NCBI GenBank assembly: GCA_964016885.1
Contig: OZ024748.1
Location: forward strand, 4,154,001-4,218,000
Length of the DNA stretch: 64,000 bases
Direction of reading: 5' to 3'
Origin: Eledone cirrhosa
Taxonomy: Eukaryota
Translations under genes and position numbers: made by a program
Notes under the pieces: model-generated
What the model saw: only the letters and a program-made list of their open reading frames with translations
What the model was told of the DNA's origin: nothing
Databases searched by the model: none
In this document: positions 60,385 to 64,000 of the stretch, in pieces
Layout of the letters: the number at the start of each line of letters is the position of its first letter
Position numbering within the stretch: the first letter of the stretch is position 1

Positions 60385-61338
60385 TTTGGCCGTATTGGTA
60401 GAATTGGACGCCATGCTCTCCAGCATAGAGTTACGGCCCTTTATGGTCTGAATTTCAAATCCCGCCGAGGTTAACTTTGCCTTTCATCCTTACGGGGTCG
60501 ATAAAATAAAGTACCAGTAATGGACTGGGATAATTGCTGGCCTTGTGCCAAAAGTAGAAACAATTATTAGATGTGACAGCAATTTTGGGGAAGGGGAAAG
60601 TCGATTAAATCGTCCTCAGTGCATTACTGGTACTTTATTTTATCGATCCCAGCAAATTTGACCTCACTAGGATTCGAACTCAGAATGTAAAGTGTCGGAT
60701 ATATTGATTTCTAATTCAAGTACAATGTCAGCAAAGCTTTTGGAAGGAGGAGTAACATTGATTAAATTAAATCTTTTAGTGTTTTGCCTGTTCCACCCGA
60801 CTGGCTGAGGCCAGGCTGGGGCAACGCCATAACCCCCAATGTTATAGACACAAGGTCACCAATTTGAGGGAAGAGCCAGGGTGGGGTCAGTCGATTATTT
60901 CAACCCGGTGCTTCGTTGGTATTTTATTTTATTGAACCCAGAAGAGTTGAAAGACAAAGTTGACCTCGGCAGCATTTGAAACCAAAACGAAGGATTTCCT
61001 CAATAATAATGGTTTCTGATATAGGCACAAGGCCAGCAATTTTGGGGGGAAGGGAAAGTCGATTAAATCGACCCCAGCACATTACTGGTACTTTATTTTA
61101 TCGACCTCGTAAGGATGAATGGCAAAGCTCAGTTCGGCGGGAATAATACTAATAATTGTTTCTACATTTGGCACAAGGCCAGCAATTATTCCAGTGTATT
61201 ACTGGTACTTTATTTTATCGAACCCGTAAAGATGAAAGGCAAAGTTAACCTCGGCGGGATTTGAACTCAGAATGGCAAGGGCCGTAACTCTATGCGTCAA
61301 AGCATGGCGTCCGACCCTCTACCTATACTGCCAATCCA
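60385..61338. mobile_element. Cluster of at least five SINE copies/fragments in both orientations
   Basis: Plus strand 60385-60569. Minus strand ~60575-60690, ~60848-60990, 61003-61143 and 61152-61338. Confidence 0.85.
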
Positions 61339-61954
61339 ACAACATAATAATACTACTAATGATTATGATGATGATGATGGTGGTGGTGGTGGTGGTAATG
61401 GTGATGGTGGTGGTGATGGTGGTGGTGGTGGTGATGACGGTGATGGTAATGGTGATGGTGGTGGTGATGGTAGTGGTGGTGATGGTTACAGTGGTGGTGG
61501 TGGTGGAGATGATGATGACGGTGACGGCGACGAAAAGAGAGTTAGTGGGGTTGGGAGGGAAGTAACAATAGAAGAGCAGTCAGACCCCGCAAAGCAGCAA
61601 TTAACTCCGGGTTGGGAGGGAGGTTTGTTGAAGAGTGGTGAGGAGAGAGAGAGACCGAGGGCAGAGACAGAAAGGAGAAGGCTGTATGTGTGTGTCTGTG
61701 TGTGTGTGTGACTGTGTGTGTGACTGTGTGTGTGTCTGTGTGTGTGAATGTGTGTGTGTGTGACAGCGAGGAGAAATGATGGTGGTGGTGGAGTGGGAGA
61801 AAGTCATGATGATGGGCTCGGGTGAGGTGAGACGACGTCACTTGTGAGAAGAAAGGCGGGGAAGAGAGAGAGGGGGGAGGCTAGCGGGGAAGAGCAAGGA
61901 GGGGGAGGCTGGTGGGAAAGAGCAAGGAGTTAAAGAGAGTTATACAGAAAGATG

Positions 61955-63268
61955 TGGTTGGGTGGTTGGTTGGTTGGTTGGTTGGTTGGTTGGTTGGTTG
62001 TTTGGGTGGTTGGTTGGGTGGTTGGTTGGGTGGTTGGTTGGGTGGTTGGTTGGGTGGTTGGTTGGGTGGTTGGGTGGTTGGTTGGGTGGTTGGTTGGGTG
62101 GTTGGTTGGGTGGTTGGTTGGGTGGTTGGTTGGGTGGTTGGGTGGTTGGTTGGGTGGTTGGGTGGTTGGGTGGTTGGGTGGTTGGGTGGTTGGTTGGTTG
62201 GTTGGGTGGTTGGGTGGTTGGTTGGGTGGTTGGGTGGTTGGGTGGTTGGTTGGTTGGGTGGTTGGGTGGTTGGGTGGTTGGGTGGTTGGTTGGGTGGTTG
62301 GTTGGGTGGTTGGTTGGGTGGTTGGGTGGTTGGTTGGGTGGTTGGGTGGTTGGGTGGTTGGGTGGTTGGGTGGTTGGTTGGTTGGTTGGGTGGTTGGGTG
62401 GTTGGTTGGGTGGTTGGGTGGTTGGGTGGTTGGTTGGTTGGGTGGTTGGGTGGTTGGGTGGTTGGGTGGTTGGTTGGGTGGTTGGGTGGTTGGTTGGGTG
62501 GTTGGTTGGTTGGTTGGTTGGTTGGGTGGTTGGGTGGTTGGTTGGGTGGTTGGTTGGTTGGTTGGGTGGTTGGGTGGTTGGTTGTTTGGTTGGGTGGTTG
62601 GGTGGTTGGTTGGGTGGTTGGGTGTTTGGTTGGGTGGTTGGGTGGTTGGTTGGGTGGTTGGTTGGTTGGTTGGTTGGTTGGGTGGTTGGGTGGTTGGTTG
62701 GGTGGTTGGTTGGGTGGTTGGTTGGGTGGTTGGGTGGTTGGTTGGGTGGTTGGGTGGTTGGGTGGTTGGGTGGTTGGGTGGTTGGTTGGTTGGTTGGGTG
62801 GTTGGGTGGTTGGTTGGGTGGTTGGGTGGTTGGGTGGTTGGTTGGGTGGTTGGGTGGTTGGGTGGTTGGGTGGTTGGGTGGTTGGTTGGTTGGTTGGGTG
62901 GTTGGGTGGTTGGTTGGGTGGTTGGGTGGTTGGGTGGTTGGTTGGTTGGGTGGTTGGGTGGTTGGGTGGTTGGGTGGTTGGTTGGGTGGTTGGGTGGTTG
63001 GTTGGGTGGTTGGTTGGTTGGTTGGTTGGTTGGGTGGTTGGGTGGTTGGTTGGGTGGTTGGTTGGTTGGTTGGGTGGTTGGGTGGTTGGTTGTTTGGTTG
63101 GGTGGTTGGGTGGTTGGTTGGGTGGTTGGGTGTTTGGTTGGGTGGTTGGGTGGTTGGTTGGGTGGTTGGTTGGTTGGTTGGTTGGTTGGGTGGTTGGGTG
63201 GTTGGTTGGGTGGTTGGTTGGTTGGTTGGGTGGTTGGGTGGTTGGTTGTTTGGTTGGTTGGGTGGTTG

Positions 63269-63300
<32 letters not shown>

Positions 63301-63492
63301 GGTGGTTGGTTGGGTGGTTGGTTGGTTGGTTGGTTGGTTGGTTGGGTGGTTGGGTGGTTGGTTGGGTGGTTGGTTGGTTGGTTGGTTGGTTGGTTGGTTG
63401 GGTGGTTGGGTGGTTGGTTGGGTGGTTGGGTGGTTGGTTGGGTGGTTGGGTGGTTGGTTGTTTGGTTGGTTGGGTGGGTGATTGGGTGGTTG

Positions 63493-63524
<32 letters not shown>

Positions 63525-63528
63525 GGTG

Positions 63529-63560
<32 letters not shown>

Positions 63561-63588
63561 GGTGGTTGAGTGGTTGGTTGGTTGGGTG

Positions 63589-63620
<32 letters not shown>

Positions 63621-63712
63621 GGTGTTTGGTTGGTTGGTTGGTTGGGTGGTTGGTTGGGTGGTTGGGTGGTTGGTTGGGTGGTTGGTTGGTTGGGTGGTTG
63701 GGTGGTTGGGTG

Positions 63713-63744
<32 letters not shown>

Positions 63745-63944
63745 GGTGGTTGGTTGGGTGGTTGGGTGGTTGGTTGGGTGGTTGGTTGGTTGGGTGGTTG
63801 GGTGGTTGGTTGGGTGATTGGGTGGTTGGTTGGGTGGTTGGTTGGGTGGTTGGTTGGGTGGTTGGTTGGGTGGTTGGTTGGGTGGTTGGTTGGGTGGTTG
63901 GTTGGGTGGTTGGTTGGGTGGTTGGTTGGGTGGTTGGTTGGGTG

Positions 63945-63976
<32 letters not shown>

Positions 63977-64000
63977 GGTGGTTGGTTGGGTGGTTGGTTG
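61955..64000. repeat. G/T-only satellite of GGTT and GGGTGGTT units
   Basis: More than 2 kb, running off the window end. It generates the GW-repeat ORFs. Confidence 0.95.

Noticed and set aside
61952-63817. GW-repeat ORFs resembling Argonaute hooks
   Set aside because: G/T-only satellite; it cannot contain stops in any frame.

Overview
AT-rich eukaryotic DNA dominated by microsatellites, minisatellites and transposon debris. The SINE and LINE types and the microsatellite density suggest a cephalopod (Octopus-like) genome; this is inference. Nearly all ORFs in the supplied track are translated microsatellites. The main signal is a hammerhead-ribozyme (HHR) / Penelope-like element (PLE) system. 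(i) An array of eight apparently identical 474-bp units plus a 729-bp inverted arm (11719-16269) carries a complete minimal type I HHR in every unit, consistent with a circular-RNA 'retrozyme' insertion. (ii) A PLE GIY-YIG C-terminal fragment lies just downstream, with an HHR in its 3' UTR (16948-17395). (iii) About ten further intact or decayed HHR motifs from several unrelated sequence families are scattered through the window. Several sit at the centre of palindromic insertions, and many share a U.U pair at the base of stem II. Also present: many tRNA-derived SINEs, RTE, R4/Dong-like and Tx1-like LINE remnants, Tc1/mariner-type MITEs and a few unassigned candidate exons. No host gene could be identified.
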